Positions 8,946 through 17,903 of a stretch of 49,843 nt of DNA are shown piece after piece. Made by a program: the position numbers and the translations under genes. Origin of the DNA: Planctomycetota bacterium (lineage in GTDB: Bacteria > Planctomycetota > GCA-002687715 > DRQF01); NCBI GenBank assembly GCA_036479435.1, contig JAZGFI010000130.1, forward strand, positions 1-49,843. Reading direction: 5' to 3'. Position 1 is the first letter of the stretch, and each line of letters begins with the position of its first letter. The notes under the pieces are model-generated. The model had not been told where the DNA came from. It saw only the letters and a list, made by a program, of their open reading frames with translations, and made no database searches.

Positions 8946-11900
8946 TTAAGCCGTTCCATGGGCTCGTCGGGGCGATCGGCCTCGCAGGGAGCGTCTTCGA
9001 GTTTTTGGTCTTGCTGGCCATAGCTTCACGATGAGGCAAATGAAGATGACCAGCAAGTTGATGAAGATAACGACAGAAAGCAATCCCACAGCCAAGTCCA
9101 ATGTAAGCGAATGAAAAGAAGATACTTGGCCTTGGATCAGAGCGGAGAAAAGCAACAAGGCTGCACTCGGGGCGAGCATCGTGAGCGTGATGCCGAGGGG
9201 AATCACGGATTTTTGCTTGTCGAGGAAGGCCATGAGCGTGTAGAAGAACGCGCTGAGCAAAGTCATCGCTATGATCGTAGTTTGGATATTGGACGACAAC
9301 AAGACGTCAGTGCGGAGAGCCCCGAAGGCCAACTCGGAGATCACCAAGACGACGGCCATGATGCCTAAAAACCGTGCCGGGAAGGGACCAAAGAGACGCC
9401 GGCTTTCGTCTGGCCCGGTTTGGTAGCGAAAGGCGAAGATCGAAAGGCCGGCGAACGCGGTGAGTTGGGCGAAACCCATGGCGTGCCAAGCGTAGGGAAT
9501 AGCAAAGGCGCGAAGCTCAGTGTTCGCCGCCAAGACTGTCGCTGCCGCAAAACCCGCCGGCGCGAGATACCGCCAGGGATTACGGCAGCGTCTCGCCGCG
9601 TAGGCGGAAGCCGCGGCGGCAAGTGCCCATCCAAGCGTATCGGGCAGGTAGTCGACTCCCTCAAGGTACTGGTGAAAACACGCCATGCCGACACCGGCGA
9701 GCATAAGGAACGCGGAAGCGAGGAGGCGGTAGCGCGGCAGCACCATCAGGAAAAGCGAAAACAAGAACATGGCGTAGAGCACAAAGAACAAGAAGCCGAA
9801 GTCTAATAGAGTTGCCAACTGAGACCAAAGGAGCCTCGGGCGGTGTTCTTGATCGAGGTGAAACCGGTCGATCAATCCGCCAGGGATTTCGGCCCCAGCG
9901 CGGTAAGCTGCGGCAAGTGCAGGACGAATCGGATTTCGGAAGTGAACGTGTTGGAGTTTCTGCCAAGCGAGTTCGCGTGCGGCATCTGAAGGTGAATTCG
10001 AGGCGATGTTGAGCCAAAACTGTTCGGGATTCTTGAAAGGGGCATCGTGCCCGTAGATACGAACCTGCTCAGCGCTTAGTTTCGAAATCAGTTCCCGATC
10101 GCCGGACATCAGCTCCGCAGTCCGAAGATACTCGAACCGGACCCGTTCGATTGGATGAGGTGGAGAGATGACTACCCAGCCCGCGGGATTCTCACGAGCC
10201 TTAAGGAAGAATCCATTCGGACTCTCAAAGTCTTTTGCCCATGAGTTGAGGGCGCTCAGAGCTTTTGGAACCCCGAGAAAGCAAGCGGCTCGTGAAAGAT
10301 CCGAGATGACTTCGCATTGGGCGGAACCGACGGATCGACGAGGGTTGATCGTTGTCCCCTTGGATTCTTCATGCTCTGCGATGATGCAGGCACTCAGCCT
10401 AGATATCCAGCCCTTTAAGGACCAGCTTGTCTTGGCAATCGCATCGCTACTACTGAAAACCAAGACGACTCGGCGTTCCAGCCCGCCGCGAATTCGGGTG
10501 TTGCTTCCCAAGTCTCCAAGAACGGTCATCGTGCCGATTTTGATACCGCGACGCTGACTTGCGGTGAAAGACATGTTGCGGTCTTGCTGCCGATCAAGCT
10601 TTTGAACCCTAAGCGTGAGTTTACCTTGCCGAGTCATGAGGCGAGCCCAAAGCTGGAGCTTGGAGTGGCCCGGTGTTCGCCGAATCGGCGAGAAGCCAAC
10701 AACCGGCATCGAAAAGGCGGTATCGACCCTGTTGGCGGTACTTGTTTGCAGCGAGCTTCGAGCGAAACCTCCGCTGCTGTCCGTCGCGTGATCGTGATCG
10801 GAGCGAAACTCGGCTGATGATGGCGGTACCCAGCCGAGGGAGTCGTTGATTGCCGGCGCCGTCGTGAAAGACTGGCTGACGCCATTGCCGTGGGCATCGA
10901 ACTTGAGGGCTAGGCGGGCGTAGTGCTCACTCGATGGTTGCGACGCGATTTTCCCCCCAGCTAATTCGAAAACGCCGAACTTGACGTAAACGAAAGTGTC
11001 GGACCTTCGACCCTCAAGGTCGAGAAGCTGCCGCCATCGAGACAATATCTTGTGCCCGTAGGCGCGAGCCGCGCCCGCGGGGCGATTCCAGATGATGAGG
11101 TTACTGGCGGCGCTCTCTTGGCTGGAATCGACGCCGTCGCCAGCGGCGAGGATTTCCTCGATGTTGGCGTCCGGGGATACTCTGAGCTGGTCCGACCACC
11201 GGATAATCGGGTCGGCGTCTCGATGCCGACTCCACCAAACGTAGGGATCTTCGATCTTTGGCCCACAGGCGGAAAGCGTTCGAAACCAAGGGTCAAGAAG
11301 TCGCGTGGGGTTCAAGCCCAAGATGCCTACGCGGTCTAACCTTAGCCGCCGACGGCCTGCATGGTCGAGAGCCTTGAGTTGTTCCCAGGCATCAACGATC
11401 GACTGGACGCGGGGCTCAGTCCAGTCGCTGGCCTGACGATGTGCGAAGCGATCTGGGAGATTTGCCGCAATAGCCAGGTGCATGCAGACGCTCGGAATCC
11501 AAGAGAGAGGGATCTCGCGCCGTCGAACTAGGCCTGCGAGTTCTTCACAGAGCGCGTCATCGAGGTGGCTTTCGAAGGCATCGCTACGAAGGTGTAAGTT
11601 TCTGAAGTGTCCGGCAACTGAGAAGAAACCGCGGTGCTGAGGTTCGAATTTCGAGAGCAGGTCAAAACGCGAGAACCCCGTCCCGCTCAGGACTTGGCGC
11701 GCCCACCTACGGACTAGCAGGTTATGGTCGTCGAAGAGCTGGATGATTTGGCGCTCGACGTGGCCCTCACGAGCGAGCCAGTTCGAACGTGGGCTAAAAA
11801 ATCCGAAGATGTTGTGGCCACGAGGGTGAGTTCGATTGAGCCGCTCGATGGATTGTTCGTTCGAGATCTGCTGTCCAGAGGCGATCTCGGAAGCGATGAG

Positions 11901-13382
11901 TTCGACGACCAATCGCGCACCCAAGACCCAAGGCCTTTGTCTGGCGTTGGTTTGGCCCAGATTTTTCGAATTCGCCCTTAGCTGGTTGGCTTCGCGAAGC
12001 GTCTCCTGGAGAAGCTCGGCGGCTTCCTTGGCTTTGTTGGCATTCCGCAAGCCCTTGGCTTTGGCCATCCGGCCTTCAATAATGCGGTCGAATAGGAAGT
12101 CGTCACTGGGATCGTCTGCGAAGGCAAGTTCATAGGCGTCGAGCGCGCCCTCAGCATTTCCTGATTCCCATAGTTTGTCGCCGAGGGTGCGAGCCGTATC
12201 AGGATCGTTGCCCAGGCGCGGCAAGATCGTCACCGCGAACAACACGACCATGACCAAGGCCGAGGCGAAGGCTGCGAGCAAAGGGACGGTCTGCTTTCTT
12301 AGCTTGCGCCAAATTTTCGTGCCGAGGTCAACACGCCGGGCTTGAATGGGGAAGCCCTTCTCGAACCGGGTGAGGTCTTATAGGAAGGCATGCGCGGTCG
12401 CGTAGCGTTCGGCGGGGTCTTTTTGTAAGGCGCAAAGGCAGATGGCCTCAAGATCTGGGGGGCAACTGCGGGTGATGCTACGCGGATGCGGTGCCGCGTC
12501 GTGGATGACTTGGTGAAGAACCTGAACCGCGCTGTCACCACGAAAAGGCCTGCGGCCACAAAGCAACTCGAAAAGAACCACACCCATGGCCCAGACGTCG
12601 GTGGCCTCTCCGATCAAGTCGCTGTCGCCGCGTGCTTGTTCGGGGCTCATGTAGGCCGGCGTTCCGAGGATCTGGCCGGTTAGCGTAAGGCCTGGGTCTT
12701 GCTCGTCGATCTTTCGTACTAGCCCAAAGTCGGTGACAAAAGCGTGATCGTCATCGCCGATGAGGATGTTGTGCGGTTTTAGGTCTCGGTGGACGAGCCC
12801 TCGCTCGTGGATGTAGCTAATCGCTGAAGCAACCTGCCGCATGATGTTGACCGCGCGTGACGGCGTCATGGATCGACCTTTTTTGAGCAGGGCGTGGAGT
12901 GAGCCGCCCTCGATGAGATCCATGGTGAAATAGACTTGGCTCTCGATTTCGCCAACTTCGTGAATCGTCACGATGTGAGGATGTTGAAGTCGAGCGAGAG
13001 CCAGAGTCTCTTGGCGGAAACGAGCGAGAGAACTGGCGGACGAAAACTCACCCGATCGAAGGAGCTTGATGGCGACCTCGCGGTCTAGTGACTTTTGCCG
13101 AGCTCGAAAGACGACGCCCATCCCGCCGCGACCCAGCTCTTCGATTGGCTCGTAGTCGTCGGGGAAAGGGAAAGGCCTTAACTCGCGTTCTTCAAGTGCA
13201 GGTCCGATTTCAGGGGAGGGGTCCGCGAGTTCCTGCAGGCTTCGCAAGCCCTCAAGGCAACTCCTCACTTCTTCATGGTCGATGCCAAACTCTTGGGCGA
13301 TGGCTTCGACCTCAATGCTCTGATTCGCGTCGAGCTTAGAGAGGAGCACCTCGACCATTTCAGAAAAGCGGTCGCGGCTCAT
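8946..13382 (-). pseudogene. Membrane Ser/Thr kinase (~1478 codons) interrupted by one in-frame TAA at 12378-12380: kinase domain, TM, TPR-like and large extracytoplasmic region, C-terminal multi-TM domain
   Basis: ORFs 12378..13382 and 8946..12281 share a frame. The read-through gives ...KDPAERYATAHAFL*DLTRFEKGFPIQARRVDLGTKIWRKLRKQTVPLLAAF..., the usual post-kinase linker. Catalytic motifs are intact: GRGGMG, VAIK, HRDLKPHN, DFG, GTPAYMSPE. Confidence 0.85.
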
Positions 13383-13981
13383 GCGGATTCACCAAGGTCG
13401 CGAAGCTGTCTGGCGAGTCGAATAGCTGCCTCACCCAAGATACGGCGCACGCCGCTGGGGCTTTTTCCCGTGGTCTTGGCGATCGCGTCAAGAGTCCGTC
13501 CTTCGAAGAATCGGGCGAGGAGCACCTGCCGAATGTCGTCGGGTTCGGCTTTGAGGGCCGCGTGGATTCGATCTTTACGCTCGGAACGCAGCGCGGCCGT
13601 CTGCGGGCCCGTGACGCGATCTCTCACTCGATCCATAATCCCAGATAGCGCCTCGCGCCGCCCCGGCGAAAGGCGCTTCGCGGCGTTTGCCTTTTCGCTT
13701 CCTTGCAGACTGCGGTGTTCGATGATGCGACATAGCCACTTCAAGTAGTCGCCAAAACTGTCGATGTCCGCCTGCGGAAGGTCACGGTGAGCGGCAACGA
13801 AGGCCTCTTGGAGAATGTCCATCGAGTCGACTTCTTGGCGTAGACGAGCCCCAAGGCGTAGTCGGATGTAAGAAAGCGCTGGCTCTGCTGCGGCCTCAAA
13901 AAGCTGGGCTTGCGCTTTTTGGTCGCCGCCGCGAGCCCGGGCGATCAGGGGGTCTGTAAGGCTTGATTCCATGCTGGCCAT
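13379..13981 (-). CDS. ECF sigma-70 family RNA polymerase sigma factor, kinase-coupled
   Basis: Sigma2 region (IRLRLGARLRQEVDSMDILQEAF, WLCRI) and sigma4 HTH (EGRTLDAIAKTTGKSPSGVRR). ATGA overlap with the kinase gene. Confidence 0.88.
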   Translation of the reverse strand: MASMESSLTDPLIARARGGDQKAQAQLFEAAAEPALSYIRLRLGARLRQEVDSMDILQEAFVAAHRDLPQADIDSFGDYLKWLCRIIEHRSLQGSEKANAAKRLSPGRREALSGIMDRVRDRVTGPQTAALRSERKDRIHAALKAEPDDIRQVLLARFFEGRTLDAIAKTTGKSPSGVRRILGEAAIRLARQLRDLGESA

Positions 13982-14093
13982 CCTCCACCGGATTGAGCCG
14001 GATTTGGAGCTGTTTGCGCCAAGAAATCTCAGAAACCAGATTTATCTCTCTCGTCAGCAAGTCGCTGACCAGTCCCCAGAAGACAAAGCCAGC

Positions 14094-15125
14094 CTAGAGC
14101 CCGGCTAAGACGTCGCGGGCTTGTTGGCGGAGGGCTTCGCTGAGGTTGGGGTCGTTGGAGGCGGCGTTGAGGCGTTGGCGGTTGACGACGTCGATGTTGC
14201 GGCCGTACCACTTGATGGCTTCGCCCATGATAGCGGTTTTTCGGGGCCCGGAGACGCGGGAGAGGAAGTCGTCGATGAGCGGGCGGACGTCGCTGTGATT
14301 GACGAGAAAAAGGCCCCCTTCGAGAGCTCGCCGCATGGCCTGGGTGTTTTTTTCGTCGTTCAGGTAGGCGCGGGCCTGCTCGAAGCTCTCCTTGTCGCCC
14401 GTGCGAAGAAGTCCCCACATCGAGTTGACGCGGGCGCCCTCGTGAGGGGAGTTGGCGATGGTGTTCTTCATGGCGTTGATGGCGCCTTTGCCATCGAGCT
14501 TCATTAAAGACTGGCTGGCCCAGGCGGCGAGGTCTGCGTCTTCGGGGGCGATGGCGGCGTCGGCGAGGGCGTCCGGGACTCTTGCGTCGTCGAGCATGCC
14601 GAGGAGCTGGACGGCGAGGAGGCGTTCCTCTTTGTTTTCGCCGTCGAGCATGGCGAGGGCCATGTCGACGCCTTCGTCACCGAGGGCCTTGATCGTGTCG
14701 ACCAGTTCAGCAAACTTTTTGGGCGCAAGTATGGAGGGGAAAGTCGTCTTCGACAATTTGGCGGCGACCAATTTAGCTTCTTTCAGGCGCTGGGCGAGGT
14801 CGGCGGTTTTAGAGCTATCGTCGACGCTGGCCACGGGCTGCTCGCTGATTTCTGTGGCGGTCTTGAGGTTCTTCTCGAGAAGGGCGATCTTCTTATTCGC
14901 CGCTAGCAGATCGCCCTGGTGCATCTTCTTGGCGCTTTCGAGGCGTCCTGCACGTGCTTTGGCCTGAGTAAGCTGAGATTCAGCCTCACCGAGTTGCTGT
15001 TGCAAAGCCTCAATCTTTTCGGCCGAATTCACCTCGAGTTGGTCATTCGAGTTATGGTCTGCGAAGACAAAGAAGCCGGTGGCCAGGCCAGCTAGGATTC
15101 CGACGGTTGCGATGACGAGTTTCAT
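14094..15125 (-). CDS. Membrane-anchored coiled-coil / HEAT-repeat-like protein
   Basis: N-terminal hydrophobic anchor, a coiled-coil stalk, and helical repeats (ERLLAVQLLGMLDDARVPDAL). GGAG RBS upstream. Confidence 0.8.
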   Translation of the reverse strand: MKLVIATVGILAGLATGFFVFADHNSNDQLEVNSAEKIEALQQQLGEAESQLTQAKARAGRLESAKKMHQGDLLAANKKIALLEKNLKTATEISEQPVASVDDSSKTADLAQRLKEAKLVAAKLSKTTFPSILAPKKFAELVDTIKALGDEGVDMALAMLDGENKEERLLAVQLLGMLDDARVPDALADAAIAPEDADLAAWASQSLMKLDGKGAINAMKNTIANSPHEGARVNSMWGLLRTGDKESFEQARAYLNDEKNTQAMRRALEGGLFLVNHSDVRPLIDDFLSRVSGPRKTAIMGEAIKWYGRNIDVVNRQRLNAASNDPNLSEALRQQARDVLAGL

Positions 15126-15183
15126 GCCGTTTCTCCATCTGCACTCAGAGCCAGCGCGGCTCCTTGGTGCCTTCGAAAGATAC

Positions 15184-15209
15184 TGCGCCGCAGCTCGCGA
15201 CGGCGTGAC
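15184..15209 (-). promoter_or_regulatory. Candidate ECF-sigma promoter for the HEAT-like gene
   Basis: The minus strand reads GTCAC-N17-CGCA(GTAT). GTCAC resembles the -35 element of some ECF groups. Inference only. Confidence 0.3.
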
Positions 15210-15217
15210 GAGATTTC

Positions 15218-15772
15218 ATGATGTCGGATTTTTCTGAAACCTACCGCTTAGCTCGCGAAGGAGATCGAGATGCCTTCGAAAGCATCGTCGAGGATCTGCG
15301 CGAGCGCCTACTGCGATTCATCGATCGCAGAATGGGAGCACAGGTGCGGCGAAAATCTGAGCCCGCGGACATCTATCAGAACGTGGTCTTGACGCTTTTG
15401 GACCGTTTGTCGCGGTATCCTGGGGACCTCGGGGAAGACGAATTGCGGGGTTATGTGTTTCAGATTGCAAAGTGGAAGATTGCCGACGTCATGAAAAAGG
15501 GCACCCGAGAAGGTGGCGAGTCGCTGTTGCCCCCAGGTGAAGTTCCCCTTCCGGCGGACAGCGTAGGCCCCATTACTCGCGCCGACGAACGCCGTTGGAC
15601 CCAAGAGCAGATCGCGAGTTTGGCGGACAAGTACGCCATCGTCTTGAGGCACTACTACGTGGAGGGTGCTTCCGTAGTACAAATATCCAAGTCGCTCGGG
15701 CTTAGCGAGGACGCCGTCAAGCAGCGTCTTTCTCGGGGCCGCAATCAACTAAAGGAACGGCTCGGCCCATGA
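15218..15772 (+). CDS. ECF sigma-70 family RNA polymerase sigma factor, kinase-coupled
   Basis: AREGDRDAFE, sigma2 (DIYQNV, YVFQIA) and sigma4 (YYVEGASVVQISKSLGLSEDAVKQRLSRGR). ATGA overlap with the kinase. Confidence 0.9.
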   Translation: MMSDFSETYRLAREGDRDAFESIVEDLRERLLRFIDRRMGAQVRRKSEPADIYQNVVLTLLDRLSRYPGDLGEDELRGYVFQIAKWKIADVMKKGTREGGESLLPPGEVPLPADSVGPITRADERRWTQEQIASLADKYAIVLRHYYVEGASVVQISKSLGLSEDAVKQRLSRGRNQLKERLGP

Positions 15773-17883
15773 CCCCAGAATCGGTCGAACAGCTTTTTCG
15801 CGTCCTGTTTCTCGCGGACCTTGAGGGAGACGAACCCCGCAGTCTCGAGACCTATCGCGACCTTTTCCCCGGTCACGAGGACGTCGTCGAGACGCTCTAC
15901 GAACGTCTTTGTGAATCGGAAACGACCGGAGATCTGCGCGTCCCGGTGACGCCCGCCATTTTCCCTAGTGGTCCCGGCGACATGATCGGCCGTTTTAAAA
16001 TCTTGCGCGAGCTCGGAAGAGGCGGTCAGGCGATCGTCTACCTTGCGGCCGACGACGAATTAGGACGGCAAGTCGCCGTGAAAGTCCTCACCAAGCTTGG
16101 ACCGGGCTCCGAGGGGACTTTGCAGCGCTTCAAACGCGAAGCTGAAGTTTGCTCGCGGCTCGATGTGCCGGGGATCTGCACGGTGTACGAAGCGCACGTC
16201 GAAGGGGGTATCCCCTTCATCGTCATGCAATACATCGAAGGGATTACGCTGGCACAGCAGCTTTCGCGCCGCAACTCGACCCAGGGAGACAGCGACGACT
16301 TTGATATCAGTCTTGATGATGAAGCGGAAGATGCCTTGGCCGCTGCTCCCGACGCGACGGCGGCCGATGCTCCTGATAAACAGGAAATTGAATCTCAGCT
16401 AAAGACTTTCGAGGCGGCAGCTCAGGCCTTGGACGCGGCGCACCGCGCGGGCATCCTGCACCGGGACATCAAGCCCGGCAACATCATGGTTCAGCCCGAT
16501 AGCATGCCCGTGGTCTTGGATTTCGGCTTGGCGCGCTCCGAAGAAGAGACGCACCTTACGTTGACTCAGACGGGGGATTTCTTCGGCACTCCGGCCTACA
16601 TGTCGCCCGAGCAAATCTCCGCGCACCGGATTCGGCTCGACGAACGCTCGGATGTCTTTTCCTTGGCGGTGACGCTGTTCGAATGCCTGACCCTGCGTCG
16701 GCCCTTTGACAGCGCAAGCCGCGAAGGCATTTATCAGGCGATCTTGATGAAAGATCCGCCCAATCCTCGAAGGATCAATCCCGCGATCTCGCGAGACCTC
16801 GCCGTGGTGCTAGAAAAAGCGCTCGAAAAAGACCGCGACCGTCGCTATCGAAACGCCGGTGATCTCGCCGAAGAACTACGTCGTGTCCGGAGTTTTGAGC
16901 CCATCGAAGCTCGGCCCGCCGACCCCATTTTGCGACTACGTCGTTGGACCCAACGCCATCCCGGAGTGGCCGCCATGGTCGCGCTGTTGGCGGTGGTCTT
17001 GGGCCTGGGCTTTGCCTTCTTTTTGTATCACAGCGACAAACAGGAAAAATCCGCCGCAGCTGCGCGAGCGGAAGAAGAAGCTCGCGAGCGTGATGAGTTC
17101 TCGGCAGATGTTCGCAGGCGTGGCGAAAAGATCATCGCCATCGTCAAGAACAACCCCTTCAACCTGTTCTTGTACCAAGGCATGATCGGCACCTTCTCGG
17201 TCGATGTGGTCAAGATGGGCGAAGAGGGGAAGGCCTATGCGCGTTCTTTGGTGACGTCTGAGGAGGCTACTCGCCGAGCAGTGGCCACGATCTTGTTGCA
17301 GTACGTACCCGACAGTTCGGCGATCGACGACTTGCGCGACTTAGCTCTGAATGACAAGGATGACCTCGTGTCCTCGTCTGCTTCGAGATCCTTGATCTTT
17401 CACCCTCATGAATCCACGGCCAACGCTCAGCGCGAGATAAGAGACGAGGTTCTGTCGCGAATCAAAAACAAGCCAACCTCCTACCGTGGTGAGGCCGAAT
17501 TATCCGTGCTCGGAAACTCAATGGCTGGGCTGGTGGTGCAAGGAGATCCCCTGGTTGCCGGCGGGATGGTTGAGCTCTTCAAAGACGGGACTTTTCAGTC
17601 TCCTACCCTTGGGCTGATGGCCAACTTCCTGTTGGCTCTCGGCGGGAGGGATGTCTTGGTCTTTATCGACTACCTCAGGGATCGCATTATCAACGGTGAC
17701 ACGGTCTTGGCACTTTACTTTGATCCGGTCCTGGCATACTACAAAAAGCTCGGCGACACGATGGGGCTCGACCGCTTGGAGGAACTCGCGAACGACGAGC
17801 GCTTGTCCGCGGAGATGAAGGAAAAGGTCGTGAAAGCGCGTGACGAATTACGTGAGACTTTGAACCTTGGTACGCCCGACTAG
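15769..17883 (+). CDS. Single-pass membrane Ser/Thr kinase with a C-terminal HEAT-like extracytoplasmic domain
   Basis: Motifs GRGGQA, VAVK, HRDIKPGN, DFG and GTPAYMSPE; TM segment VAAMVALLAVVLGLGFAFFLY; helical C-terminal domain. Confidence 0.93.
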   Translation: MTPESVEQLFRVLFLADLEGDEPRSLETYRDLFPGHEDVVETLYERLCESETTGDLRVPVTPAIFPSGPGDMIGRFKILRELGRGGQAIVYLAADDELGRQVAVKVLTKLGPGSEGTLQRFKREAEVCSRLDVPGICTVYEAHVEGGIPFIVMQYIEGITLAQQLSRRNSTQGDSDDFDISLDDEAEDALAAAPDATAADAPDKQEIESQLKTFEAAAQALDAAHRAGILHRDIKPGNIMVQPDSMPVVLDFGLARSEEETHLTLTQTGDFFGTPAYMSPEQISAHRIRLDERSDVFSLAVTLFECLTLRRPFDSASREGIYQAILMKDPPNPRRINPAISRDLAVVLEKALEKDRDRRYRNAGDLAEELRRVRSFEPIEARPADPILRLRRWTQRHPGVAAMVALLAVVLGLGFAFFLYHSDKQEKSAAAARAEEEARERDEFSADVRRRGEKIIAIVKNNPFNLFLYQGMIGTFSVDVVKMGEEGKAYARSLVTSEEATRRAVATILLQYVPDSSAIDDLRDLALNDKDDLVSSSASRSLIFHPHESTANAQREIRDEVLSRIKNKPTSYRGEAELSVLGNSMAGLVVQGDPLVAGGMVELFKDGTFQSPTLGLMANFLLALGGRDVLVFIDYLRDRIINGDTVLALYFDPVLAYYKKLGDTMGLDRLEELANDERLSAEMKEKVVKARDELRETLNLGTPD

Positions 17884-17903
17884 GATCTTTTGGCGAACCA
17901 GCG

